Source of the DNA: Proteromonas lacertae
Lineage: Eukaryota
DNA length: 64,000 nucleotides
Assembly (NCBI GenBank): GCA_002245135.1
Contig: NGBS01000292.1
Location: forward strand, 62,001 to 126,000
Reading direction: 5' to 3'
The notes beneath the pieces were generated by a model that did not search any database, was not told the origin of the DNA, and saw nothing but the letters and a program-made list of their open reading frames with translations. Positions 13,067 to 26,900 of the stretch are shown here, piece after piece; position 1 is the first letter of the stretch, and each line of letters opens with the position of its first letter. The translations under genes and the position numbers were made by a program.

Positions 13067-16000
13067 TCATTTTATATTGAATAATTCTTTTGATAATTCT
13101 TTCTTTTCTTCTTCTGAAATTCCATCCAACCTGATTATTCCTGTGGTTGAAAATACATTTAAAAATGTTAGTAATTCTGTTTTATCTATATTTTCTTTTA
13201 CAGTAATTGATAATTCTTCTAAGCATTCAAACACTTCTTTATTTTCTTTCATTAATCTAAATTCTCTTTTATTTAATTTATTACCTGATATATCAATCTT
13301 TTCTAATGATTTATAATCCTTCAATCCTTCAATTAATATTTTCAATCCTTTTTCATTCATTTCTACATCTATGTACATAATATTATAATATTATTCATTA
13401 AATACTTGAAAGGTTTAATGAATAATTGCAAATAAATATATCTAAATATTTACATATTATCTCCACTCCTTCATCTCCAATTGGATTATCATGTATTGAT
13501 ATAAACTTTACATTTTTTGGTAAAGAATCTGTTAATTCTTTCAACCCTTTTGAAGTTATTCTATTATTGGATATATCAATTTGATAATAATCAATCTGTT
13601 TTATTAATGAAATATGAGAATCATTCAGATTCATATCTATTAACATTAAAAATATAGATTTTATACTTGAAAAATCATAATATCTATCACCAATTCTTCT
13701 TTTCTTTTTTATACAATAATCCAAATAATATTCCAATTCTTCATTTGTCCATGATGAACATTTCATTTGTATAAATGGATATTCTTCTTTTTCTAATGAT
13801 TTTGAACAGATTAATTTTAATCCATTCATTCTTACATTATTTCCGTTCAGGTTTATAATATTACATTTTTTAATTGAATCAATTTTATCTGTTAATATTA
13901 TCATACTATCATCATCTATTGAAGTATTACTCAAATTTATTATTCCATAGTTTAACACATCTAAATTGCTCAATAATAGCCTAAATCCAATATTACCAAT
14001 TGGATTATCTATTTAACAAACATTAATAATCAATAATAAATATACCATGAATAAATAACTTGTCAATATTGTTATTTTCTTTCATGTAATTCATTACATA
14101 TTCTATTCCATCTGAATCAACGTTATTATAACTGATATCAAGCAAATTGATTCTATTATTAATATTCTTTAAAGCATCAACTAAATACTTCAATCCAACT
14201 GAAGATATTCTCATTTCTATAGTATTCTATATAATATTATTATACTTGAACAATTAATAATGTTGTCTTTATCTTTTAATAAATGTAAATGTGGTAATAA
14301 CATTTCTAGTCCTTTATCTTCTATTTCATTTTCACATAATTCAAGATATTGAAGGTTTAAAAAAGAAGATAAACTGTTAATTAGTAATTCTATACTTTTA
14401 TATGTCAGTTTATTATCTAAATATCAGTAAAAGATCAAAATATACTTCTTAAATCTAACCACTTTATTTCACCTAATTCATTTGATCTTATAGAAATGAA
14501 TGATTTGAAAATATTATCATCAATTTCTATACCACCTAAATCTAGTTCACCTCTCCAATATTTAATGTATTTAAGTATTTTTGGAATGTCTTCATCTACA
14601 ATTAATGCTTTACTTCTATTAAAATCAAATGATATTTGTGAAATAGGAAATTTGGAGAATAAAATTTTTAATCCTTTTGAATGAATATAGTTATTCCATG
14701 AAACATCTATTCTATTCAGGTTAGGATATTTATATATTTCCTGTGATAATAATATCATTGATTCATCATTTACCTTCATACCAATAAGATCTAATTCATT
14801 ATATTTGCTTATTAATAAATGTAAATATGGAAGTAATAGTTTAAATCCTTTTGAACCTATTGGATTAGCTATTACAAAATTAAATAAATAATTGAATGAT
14901 ATATACACCTAAGATCAACATATTTCAATTTCATGAAAGGTATTAATTCAATAAACAATTCAACAAAATAAGATGTAAGATTGAGATCTGATAAATCTAA
15001 TTCTTGTAGATTAGATAATTGAGAAAAGTAAGAAACAAATAACAGTTGATATTGAATAGGAATTTCTACACGATCTATAAAAATAAAAATTACAATTATA
15101 CAAAAAGTAATTTTTGTTGGATTAATTAGTTTGAATATTCTGAAGAAAAAATTAACTCCATCTTCACAAAAACATATACATTTTGAATCAACTGTAATTA
15201 TGTCTCTATCTTCATCTGTAACTACATTAAACAACATTTCATCTAAACAACATTGTTTTCCCTTTTCACATATGTGATGAATATGATATTTCAGTTTATA
15301 ATCAAATAAATCTGAATAATAATAGGGACAGCATGCTGTATAATCTCTTTTGTATAATTTCATTATCAATAATACTGACAAAATTCTCTCATTGGTTTTT
15401 TTATTATATGATTCTATTAGACTATCTCGAATAACTTTCCATTTATCACTTTTTAAATAATATTCTGCTTGAATATCAATGAATGGTGATATTTCTATTA
15501 AACAACCACTATTGAATAAGATTTCTTTTCTTTCATTACATATCATTAGATTATCATCTTTATCTCTCAATATTTCACTCATTTTTATCATTTCTTTTCT
15601 CAATTCTTTCAAACTCATTCTATCTTCATTCTTCACTTTCAATATTCTTTCTATCATTTCCTTCATCATTTCATCACATTCTTCATCAATACTGTATTTA
15701 CATCTCATAATATTATCTAGAGTTTTATTGATATTATCATCTTCATTAAATGGTAATTTCTTACTTGCCATTTCATATAAAATACAACCAATTGACCAAA
15801 TCACACTTCCATCATTACATTCATATCCATTGAACTCTTCAGGGCTTATAAAGCACATATCATATATTCCCACATCTTCATATTTTCTTAATCGATTCAA
15901 AAATAAATCACATATCTTTATATTGTTATTATTTTCATATATTACGTTACTACCCTTCAAATTATCTACTACTAAGTCATATTCACTCAATATCATCACA

Positions 16001-17705
16001 ATATCACATATAACACACATTATGCCACAAATATCATCACTTAAAAGGGATTTACACTTAACTACCTCTTCTAAATCTTCACAATAATAGCCTCTTTCTA
16101 TTACCATATATTCACCAATATTATTGATCTGAACAACATTAGAAGAATAAATGAATGAGAAACAACAATCAAACAACAATGAGTTAATTTCCAAGAATTT
16201 TAATATTTTCTTTTCTTTAATTCTACTAATATTAAATATTTTTACTTTCTTACTACCATTTTCATGTTTCACTACTAAATCTACTTCATGAACACTCTTT
16301 TCTATTTTCTCTTTTATCTAGTCAAAAATAAAAATATAATATTAATACGAAAGTATCTAAGGGTAATGTAGAGAATAAAATATCAGTTACGAACGAATTG
16401 ATTGACAATTTATCATATCTATTTTTATTTATGATTTTGAACAATTCACATAAGAATAATACCTTATCTTTCATCTTTTCATTTCTTTTAACTAACATTA
16501 AAAATATTTTTGTCAAATAAGGCAAATATTTATCTTTGTTTTGTTTTAATTTTTTAGAATCTTTATATGAAAATGGTGGATTATCTTGGTTGATTGAAGG
16601 AAATAATATCTATTGTACTATAACATATATATCATATACTGGTAAATATTCATCTTTCCAATAACCATCAAACTCATTTTCATTCATTTCACTTATTTCT
16701 TGTAATGTTTTACCTCCAATATAACCATTATTCAAATAAAAATCAACTGCAATGGAATCATATTCTCTACCACTTGATAAACTAATAGATGATGGTATTG
16801 ATGAACTATTATTACTATCAATAACAACATTAGATGAACAAATATTAGTTTTATATGACAACTCATTGATTATTTTTTCTACTTCATTCAGTTTTATTCT
16901 TTTATTAGGATCTTTTTCTAGCATTCGTTTTATTAATTCTTCAATCAAAATTATACTTTCACCATTTTTTCTTTGAAAGTCATAATTTGTTTCATTAATA
17001 ATCTTCTTTTCCACTTCTTTTGTATTTGACCCATCAAATGCAATTCTTAATGTATATATTTCATATATAATACATCCCAATGAAAATATATCACTTGCTG
17101 TTGAATATGGAGGAGGTTCATTTTGCCACAACTCTGGAGCTACATAATTAGGAGTTCCATTCAAATTAATATCAATTATTCCACTTTCTAATGCTAATCC
17201 AAAATCACTAATTATTAATTCATTTTCATCTCCAACTAAGATATTTCCAGGTTTTAAATCTCTGTGAAGAATTTCTTTGTTGTGAATATATTTCAATCCG
17301 TTTACTAAATCTTTTGTACAACTAATTATCTCCTAAATATCATAATACTAACATACATACATTACGTGAGAAATCTTTTTCTTTCTTTCTTTTTTCTCCT
17401 ATCATTCCCAATAAATCACCCTTTTTACAATATTTTGTGTAAATATAAACAGTTCTATTATCTGGATCTATATATGAGTCAACTAATTCTACTACATTTC
17501 TGTGTTTTAGTTCTTTAACTGAATCTATTTCATTAATTGCTTCATCTACTTTAGTTTCATTTTTGTTGTCATATTTCACTTCTTTTCTAGCAAGTTTTTT
17601 ACCTTCATGAATTACAGTATATACTTCACCATAGCTACCTTCACCAACGAAGGTATGTTTATTATCTTCTTTTGGAAGTGTGTGATTGTTACAATTAACT
17701 AACAT
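13067..17705 (-). CDS. Tandem NEK-like kinase + pseudokinase + LRR protein
   Basis: GEGSYG, HRDLKPGN, DFG, APE in the first kinase. Spliced in frame through 16609-16349 into a degenerate kinase (DNLKGSN, ICDL) and RNI-like LRR exons (NPIGDEG, LDISYNNV). Confidence 0.8.
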
Positions 17706-17825
17706 TAAAGCTTGATATTCAGGTTTGAGTATAAATTATGAGAAATGATTGGTTAATCAATTTATGAATTTACATACACATACACATAGTTACAAACACA
17801 TATAAATAAATTATTTACTTCATTT

Positions 17826-19795
17826 TCATCTTTTTAAATAGATTATACACCAACCAGGAATTAATTCACCATTTCTTTCATATCTTTCAACTACAAAACC
17901 AAATAAGCCATAACTATAATAATATAGTACATACACAAACATATTATTTATATTAATATACTTGTATATATTATTATCGTTTGGAATAATATATAAAACA
18001 TATTCTTCACATTCAAATACGCTTACACTGTCTTCTTTAGATAATTCATTCAAATACTTACATAATTCTCCTTCTCGAACATATTTGTAGTAATATAATT
18101 TCATCAATAACAATTTACTAATACTCATTTTATTCAATTCAACTAAAAAATCTTTTCGTTTAATATGCTTTTGAATTATTATTTCTTTACCACTGCTTTC
18201 TCGTAATATATCTATACAAATACCTATTCCATATAATGAAACAAAATAGAGCGGAAACATATACAACATTCTATCAGTTAATAATAATTGAACTACATCT
18301 ATTCATATTAAATTTATAAAAATATATATACCTCTGCCTATTAAAGGCACTGCTTCTTTTTCTATATTTATTGGTAGACTGTTATTATAATTATTCTTTT
18401 GAATGTCTACTACTTTATTATTCATATCAATTACAATATTTACTGGTAATATTGAATATTTATTATTATTATTATTATTATTTATATATGAATTAGATGA
18501 TTCTGATGGAGATAATAGTATTCGATATTCCTTTACATTTTCATTTCTTTCATTATTGTTATTTGACAAAGAATTATGTTGTGAAAAAGGAGAATGAGAT
18601 AGATCAGAAGAAGACGTTTGCATTGAAGTATTATTGTCAGATTTTTTAACTTTTGACTGTATATAATTATCACTGTTATTGTTTTCTTTGTTACTCATTT
18701 CAATATTATTTGGGTTATTAGCATTTATATCATCAACTTCATTATCACTTTCTCTTACTTCTTCATCATTATCATTACTTTCATTATCAATAATTCTTTT
18801 TGTTGCAATATTCGGGTTTGATAGTCTATGGGGAATCTCGATGCTGTTTATAATTTTAAATACTTTTGCTCCATTATGATCTGATTTTACTGCTTCTATT
18901 GTTGTATTGAATTCGATTGGAGGACCTAATGATCTTTTAGCAGTGTAAATTTTTCGTTTTTTATTTTGTTTAATACTATCATCTATTCTATTATCTTTTT
19001 GATTCTCATTTACATCATCACTATCTATTCTTTTTCTTTTTCTTTTTCTAATAACAAAACACAACTAGTAATTATAATATTATACTTTTGAATAACTTTA
19101 TAATCACTATCTTCTTCTTCTTCTTCTTCTTCAACTTTTTTTGATGTGTTTTCTTTTTTCATTTTTTCTTCTTTTATTATATTCTTTTTAACTCGTTTTT
19201 CATCCTCACTTTCATCTTCATTATCATCTATATCATTATCCTCTTCAGTATCACTTGTTTCAAGAAAATTAGTCTTTTCATCATCTTCATCAATTTCATT
19301 ACTTTTAGAATTATTCTCATTCTGTTTTTTATTCCCAGCTAAAGTTATATCTAAATATTTTCTATGCTTTTCACAAAAATGTAAATCTGGATTTTCATGA
19401 AAAACTGATCTTGCTTTTACAGCACATAGATAATGAAAATTTTTATTACATCTATTTTGTAGAATAGCAGAAAATATACCCTTTTCTTGCACACCCAACA
19501 GTAGCTCCAACTTTCTTACATAAGGAACATTTCATTTTTCTACCTCTCAAATAAGCTTTAAGTAAGCAACTTTTTTTCATTTCATTATCTGTTACATTCC
19601 ACAACTCTCCTGCCCATCTCTTACACAAAAAATGGAATGATACATATATAATTTCTTTTCTATGGATATTTAAATGAAATCATATTAACTATTATACTCA
19701 ATTTTGAAATATTCAGGGTATAATGATCCTAAATCATCACATTTATCAGGGTTATTGCATAATCCACAAACTTTTTTGGCAATAAATGAGTCCAT
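17826..19795 (-). CDS. Extended PHD-finger (ePHD) protein with acidic linker, NLS-like KRKRKR and possible C-terminal SPOC-like domain
   Basis: CGLC...HFLC...CSLC..GATVGC..CNKNFHYLCA...FCEKH. The SPOC call rests only on YL..L...V..LYIIP...LFGFVV and is weak. Confidence 0.75.
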
Positions 19796-19974
19796 TTATT
19801 TTACCAACAATATTATAAAGTGTAACCCTTTTATTTCAAACTTAATTTCTCGAGCCTTCAAGCTGTTAATTGTTTATATGCAAAATAAGAAGTTTTATAT
19901 ATCTTTTGATATTATATATTGTAAAACCATTACATAATACTACCCACGCAAAATATAAAAAAATAATCAATAAA

Positions 19975-21509
19975 TTAAGTCCAAGGATAAAAAGAAGTAA
20001 ATAAAATACAACCAACTACTGAATAAACAAAGAAATATATGATAATAACTAATTTCTTCATAGAATGAGGTAAAAAAGCTATATACCAATATATCAAAGG
20101 AGTTGAAGAGGTAATAAGCCTTGTCATTATCTGCACATGTGCTATTGTTAATCCAAGAAGCAATAATCCAATCAAATGTATTTTAAACGGAATTACATAT
20201 TCTGAAATTGAAGGAATACGAAATGTCCATCTTATAATATGTACATCTATTGAATTCAAAGTCATTAAACTGATTATTATAATGGGTAATGCTAATAAAA
20301 CACCAGGAATCTATATAAACAAAATATATATAGTAAATATAGTAAATATATACATGTGAAATTGTGTAATACTTCATAAAACCGCAGTCCCAATACTTAT
20401 CTTGGATATATTCATAACTATTTACATATAAATTATAATTAACTATACATTGTAGGTATATATATATTATTACAATAAGGTTTATCATTATTACTGATAT
20501 ATATATTACAATAATAATATTGATAATAGATTTGATATAATAAAAATGGAGATATTATTAATATACAAGTTAATATCATCTATATATATATATCAGTAAT
20601 AATTATACTTTAATGAAATGAATAATAAAATTTCTTTTATTAAACGGATGATTGATAGGATTTAAATGAAGTATGAAACTCATACAATTGTATATTCCAT
20701 TAAACATTCTTGGAACAGGAGAAGTGATGAAATAAAAACAAACTACAAATACACACAACATTGAAGCGTTTGATCTTGTAAAACAATTCAATGAAAATAA
20801 GATTATAGAAATATAAAAGCTTGAGTTTAAATTATCGGCTTGATATTTGAAGAAGAAATATAAACCACCAAAAAGTAAGGTTGAGTATAAATTCTCAGTG
20901 TAAATTGACAAATTAAATATGGTAGATGGATTAATGCAATATAATACTAGAACTTCTGTAAGAATAAATGATTTTGGTTGAAATATGAGTTGTGTAAGTG
21001 ATAATAACATAAACGCTGAAGAAAAAAACAAGACATTTCTATTTTACTGTATATACAATATATACGTTACTAAAAACCCAGATATATGAAGCACTGCATC
21101 ATATGATAAAAACCAAAATGTGAACAACCATATGCATTTACTATTTATCATAATAACAACAATCATACGCTACACCCCTTATTATTAGCGGAAATAATGG
21201 TAAAAAAGCATGTTGCTGTTCGTATAAATATCCTGATTTCGCTATTGCTAAAAAATGACTAAGAAAAAATGAAGAAATTTAACATACACACCATCCCAAT
21301 TTGATAAATGATTCAATAACCTTAATATTACGTATGATAACGAGCCAAAATTTTCTTTCTACAAAAGTAACATTCCTTTATACATTATATAAAAGATTTG
21401 AAGTATCGTAAGGTTCACTTTCATATGTACATAGCAATGTTAAAAAGTAATAAAATATTCGAGAGAAGAGTAGAATTTTAACTCTGTATGATGTGAAAAT
21501 TCCTTCCAT
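19975..21509 (-). CDS. PIGV: GPI mannosyltransferase 2
   Basis: NWDG.HFLAIA..GY.YEQQHAFLPLFP, INPSTIF..IYTE, TRSN, YIQDKYWDCGF, HVQIMTRL, FYPWT. Confidence 0.93.
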
Positions 21510-21600
21510 TTTCTCAAGCTTTTCTCAAACAACAAATTATTTGAGCTTGAAATCTAAGGGGTAACAAAATTTTGACTCAAATTTTGATTTATATTTTTAA

Positions 21601-23868
21601 ATGCTAGAAACTGTGGTGACAGAGATTATTACTAGGTTTTTTGGAGATCTTATCCGTGACTTCCATAAAGAAGATCTTCATATCGGTGTTTCTAGTATGG
21701 AAGCAGAAGTAAAGAATCTAGTATCTTTCTGTTTATTATAATATAAAAAAGGAATTAAGAGAAGGGGCATTAAAAGAATTTAATGTACCAGTTGTTATAA
21801 AGAAAGGTGGTATAGGTAGATTTCATCTTCAGGTATGTATTGCTCTATTGATCTTTAGATGCAAAATGTTCGTGATGTCTATTCTATAGAAATTGAAAAT
21901 GTTTTCTTTCTGTTTAGTCCACAAGGTGAGCCAATCGTCACATTAGAAGAGAAAGTGGAATCAATATACAAACAAAGAAGAAATAAGCTCAAAGTATATT
22001 TATGATGATATTTAATTGCGGTAGCATTTTTTTGAATCAACAATAGAGAAAATAGTAGAACCAAAATTTGATCCACTTCCAAAGAACATGACATTTAAAA
22101 ATATTCATTTAAGAATAGAAGATACAACGTATAATATACTCTAAATCTTCCATTAATTACATATATTACTTAATATAGTGCTGAGCATCCATTTGCTATT
22201 GGATTAGTGGTTGAAAAATGCCAACTAGAAACGGCTCCACACAATACAGGTGTTAAAGGTACAAGGCAAAAAAATATTCATTTAAAAGGTTTCAGAATCT
22301 ATTACCATCCAGACATGAAGCAGCCAATGAATTGCAATGAAGGAATGAATGTATTTATATCTGATATGATGATTCCACTAACATCTTCACAATCTGACCA
22401 TCCATTATACCCACCAAAGTCACTAATATTACCATTAAATATATCAATAAAAATGATCTTTGATTTAAGAGACAAAAGAGACATATTTTTAAGCGAATTA
22501 ATAGATTTAGCCTCAATGTTGTCAAAACTGGACATTCACAGTGAAGAAGGTTTAAAAGTGGTTAATTCATGGATGGAGATGCATACTACTACAGATTTAT
22601 CAAAACTTACACCAGATGAAGCATTTATCCTATTATGCAAATCATTAGGTAAATGCCATAGGTTAGACTTAGTATCTGAGTTTAATAAACAAGCGATGAG
22701 TCTACAGAAGAAATTAAATAATCCAATGCTATCTATCACAGTAAATGTAGAAAATGTTTCAATGGAAGTATCACCAGAGTTAATTCGTGATTTATTTTCA
22801 TTTTATACACAATATATATTACATTATAATGTTGAAGTATACCATCAGTTTAAACCGGATTGTAGACCAGATAATAAAGAACATATATCATTTTTTTTTC
22901 TTATTTTTTTATCAAGTTTTCTTCATTTTTTTCACTGTAAATTGTGGTGGAGATATGCTTTGAAATCAATAGTATACAATCTAATCTCCAGAGAAAAGAT
23001 CAAATCATCATTTACATCATTTGATCGAATATTACAGAAGAATCGATATATTCATTTATACCAACGTAAACTCAATGCTCCTTGGTTAAGAATATTGAAA
23101 GGTGATATGGTAGCAATCTCACATTTAGATAAACTGGAGAGAGAAATCGATCCACAGAGACTATTGCATTATAGAGAATTAGCAGTGAAGGAAATTGAAG
23201 AAAAGAAAAAAATGAAATTTCCACCTCCTCCATTACCAGTGTATTTATTAATATTTTTATATTTTATTATTTTTAGTAAGAAAAAAGAACCACATGAATT
23301 AATAGATGGTATAAGAAAAGCACTGTATGGTTTATTATTAACTAGAAATAAGTCAAAATTAATGACTTATTTCGATAAATACAAACCAAATGATTTGCCA
23401 TTAAAGATTAGAGTTTATATTCCTAAAGTATCATTATCTATGAATAAATCCGTTGGTGATAAATTATGTGATATTTCCGCCAATAATATTCAAGTAAATG
23501 TATTAGCACGTCAATTACAGATGGATATTTCTATTAATGTTCATGATGTTAAACTGTTAGATTTTACACCTAATGCAGTATTTCCAACAGCATTAGATAA
23601 GAAGAATGAAGAAGGATTGGATGATGACTTTCTTACAGTGAATGTTTTCTTTCCACTAAAAGGTGATGATGAATTGAAAGTGAATGTAAAGTATATTAAT
23701 ATTATTATTTATATAATAGTATTGTTCCAATCTTATTATCCATCAATTTAGATTTATTTGTACATATAATAAAGACATATTCACCGAAACAAGATTTTGA
23801 ATGGACTGGGGTAGTTGATATGTTACAAAAAGGATCAAAGAAAGTGCAATTATTCGTAGAAGATTTCG

Positions 23869-23914
<46 letters not shown>

Positions 23915-26900
23915 AATGATAATCAATAGTTGGCTGATTCAATAACTAAAGATATGACGAAAGAATTCAATGTTCAATTTGATAAAATATTAATCCTACT
24001 ACCATTTAGATACAAAAGAGAGAATGTAATGTTGGGTTTACCCATTCAAAAAATCATATTAAAATCAGTTCCAAGAAGGTCAAGAAGAAGTACTTCAAAC
24101 ATATTTGAGTCTGATATAATGGATAGTAGAATATTATATGATGATATTTCCATATCAATACAAAGTATAACAGGTTTTTTAGCTAATATAAATGATAATT
24201 ATGATGATATTAATTATATTAATAATGAAGGATTAAAAGTAATTGAAGACTTTGCACTGAATGGATGTTTTTCTTACTGTATTAGAAGAAGTAATCCATC
24301 TTTACCGGCTAGTATTTTAACAATTAATATCAAGCCAATAATGATTATAATGAACTCAAAAAATTTCAAAAATGTTGATTATTTCATTCATGGTTGTTAT
24401 TTAGTAGTTCAACAATTCACCGATTTTTTCGCCTTTGGTTCAACTCCATCTGTAGAAACTGATGTAGAAACACCAGCTATCTGTCTATTATGTCAAAAGA
24501 TGTTTGCTTCAATAGATGCTGTGAAAAGTCACTTGTGGAGAAGGCATAATGTTGATATTAAAGATACTGATACAATGAATTATTATAGTTCAACTAATAA
24601 ACTAAAAGTCCCTTTTGTTATATCGAAGAATTTTGATAGGATTTATGATGATTATAAAGAGTACTTACAGTGTTCAAAAGTGATTATAAATGGTACAGAA
24701 GACTTAGCTTATATTCAACAAGATGTGAAGATGAAGATAGATGTAAATGTACAAGAAGTTGGTTTTACACTGCAATCACATGTAAATAACACTGATGTCA
24801 TTGAATTTCATATTGGACCAATACAAATTACTGGAAATCAACGTACTTTTGATTCAACATTTGAAATTGCTGTAAAGAATATGATATTGATAGATAAATA
24901 TAGAATGAAACTATTGAATTCAAAAACACCTATATATATGATTGATCCACAATATAAAGCATCTACTTACTGGCTATTGTCATTATGTTTAACCACTGTA
25001 CAATTTGGTTCTGATTTATATGAAAGTACAAAGGCTGATATATCAGGAGTATTAAGAATGGAAACTATTCAGTTAAATATACATCGTGATACTATCACTA
25101 TATTGTTACAAACTATCACTCCATTATTTTCAATGAAGGATTTATATAGAAGTAATTTGAATGATTTTGATGGGAATAAATCTAATGATAATGATAATAT
25201 CTCATTATTTCCATTCATTCCATTCTTAGGTAATAAAATTGGAATATATGATAATCCTTATAGACAAAAATTGAATATTAACTTAGTTTGGAATGGTTTA
25301 GAAGTATTTTTAAAAGATGAAAATCATCACACTGTAGTTGATTTAACATTAAGTGAATTTGTATTTGCTATATTACAACTTCCACTTGGATTACAGATAA
25401 ATGGATTTATTCAATCTGCTGTGATAAATTCTAAATCTTTAAATGGAAGAACACCACTTTTAACCTCTAAAATCACTAAAGAGTCTTTATTAACATTTGA
25501 TATTAGTTTTAATCAATTGATATATCATCCTGATTTTCACAATCAAGTATGTAATCTCAAAATGAATTGTGCTGGTTTTAATATAATCGTATCTCCTCAA
25601 CCATTCATTGATATATTTGATTTCTTTATGTATCCTCCATTAATTGATGTTTTATTCGTTAAAAGTTCATCTTCAATCAGTTTAGATGAAGTTACAAGTC
25701 CACGATCTGTTACAAACTCAGTTACTATTCTTATACCAGATTATGATTTATCATTAATTTTACCAGGAATAGATATACAATTGAGGAATATAGTATTATT
25801 AATTCCATGCGATATTGATTCTCCAGAGAAGTTTACAATAGATATTCCATTAATCACAATGTCAAGATTATCATCTGATAATAAAATCAAGTTAAATATT
25901 GATAATTTCAATGTTGTTAGTACTTATATAATACCAAATGAAGCGAATAGACTAATGATTTCTACATCATCAGAGAATGACAATTTGGTGACTATTACAC
26001 AAGAATTATTACATAATGTATCTGTAGAATCATATATAACATTAGAGAAATACTTATATATTACAATCTCTATTTCACCATTGTCATTATACTTAAATCC
26101 AAACCAAATTGAATTATTTTACAATATAACTACATCTATGTTGCAATATATCCCACTCTTTGATAAAGATAATAATGGTAAAGATGAGATTGTTACTCAT
26201 GTTGAAGTACCTAGTGAATTACTTCCAGATATTGAAGATGACGATAATAACTATAACCAGCCGAATAAAGTGAATAACTTATTCTTATTTTCATTACCAT
26301 TGATATTATCTGTTAATATTGAACATATATCATTAGATTTAGTTGATTCATTGGTTAATTTGGTTGAAACTATGGAAAAGGATGAGGAATTTTTAAAGAA
26401 AGTTAAATTGTCTTTATGTATAAAGAATATTGATGTTAATATTAGTATTAATCCTCATTTATTAGTAACAACAACTGTACAATCATTTATGTTAAAGAAT
26501 TCAATATTTGATACAAAATTAGATGATAATAATCGATATATTATCAACACAATTACTGAGTCAAATCTTTTACCATTTTTCTCATTCACTTATTCAATGG
26601 ATTTGAAAGATAATACACCCATTGTTAATCTCTCTATTAGTGTACAAGATATTATAATCAATCCTACAGCTATTACTGTTGATTTAGTATCTTGTATATG
26701 TAATATTATAATCTCTGATGTGTTAAAGTTTTTGGATATTGATTTACCTTTGAGAAGAAATGGAAGTGATTTATCTTCACCAATGAGACCTCAATCAATG
26801 TCATTTAATAATACAAATAGTGGAAATAACAGTGGAAATAATAGTACAATCCAGTCTACAAATACTCCATCAAATAGAATAATCCATAGAAAGTTAAGAT

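Noticed and set aside
21721..21751. GTATCTTT donor as a GT-AG U12 intron in VPS13
   Set aside because: About 31 nt, like the major class, with no U12 branch motif.
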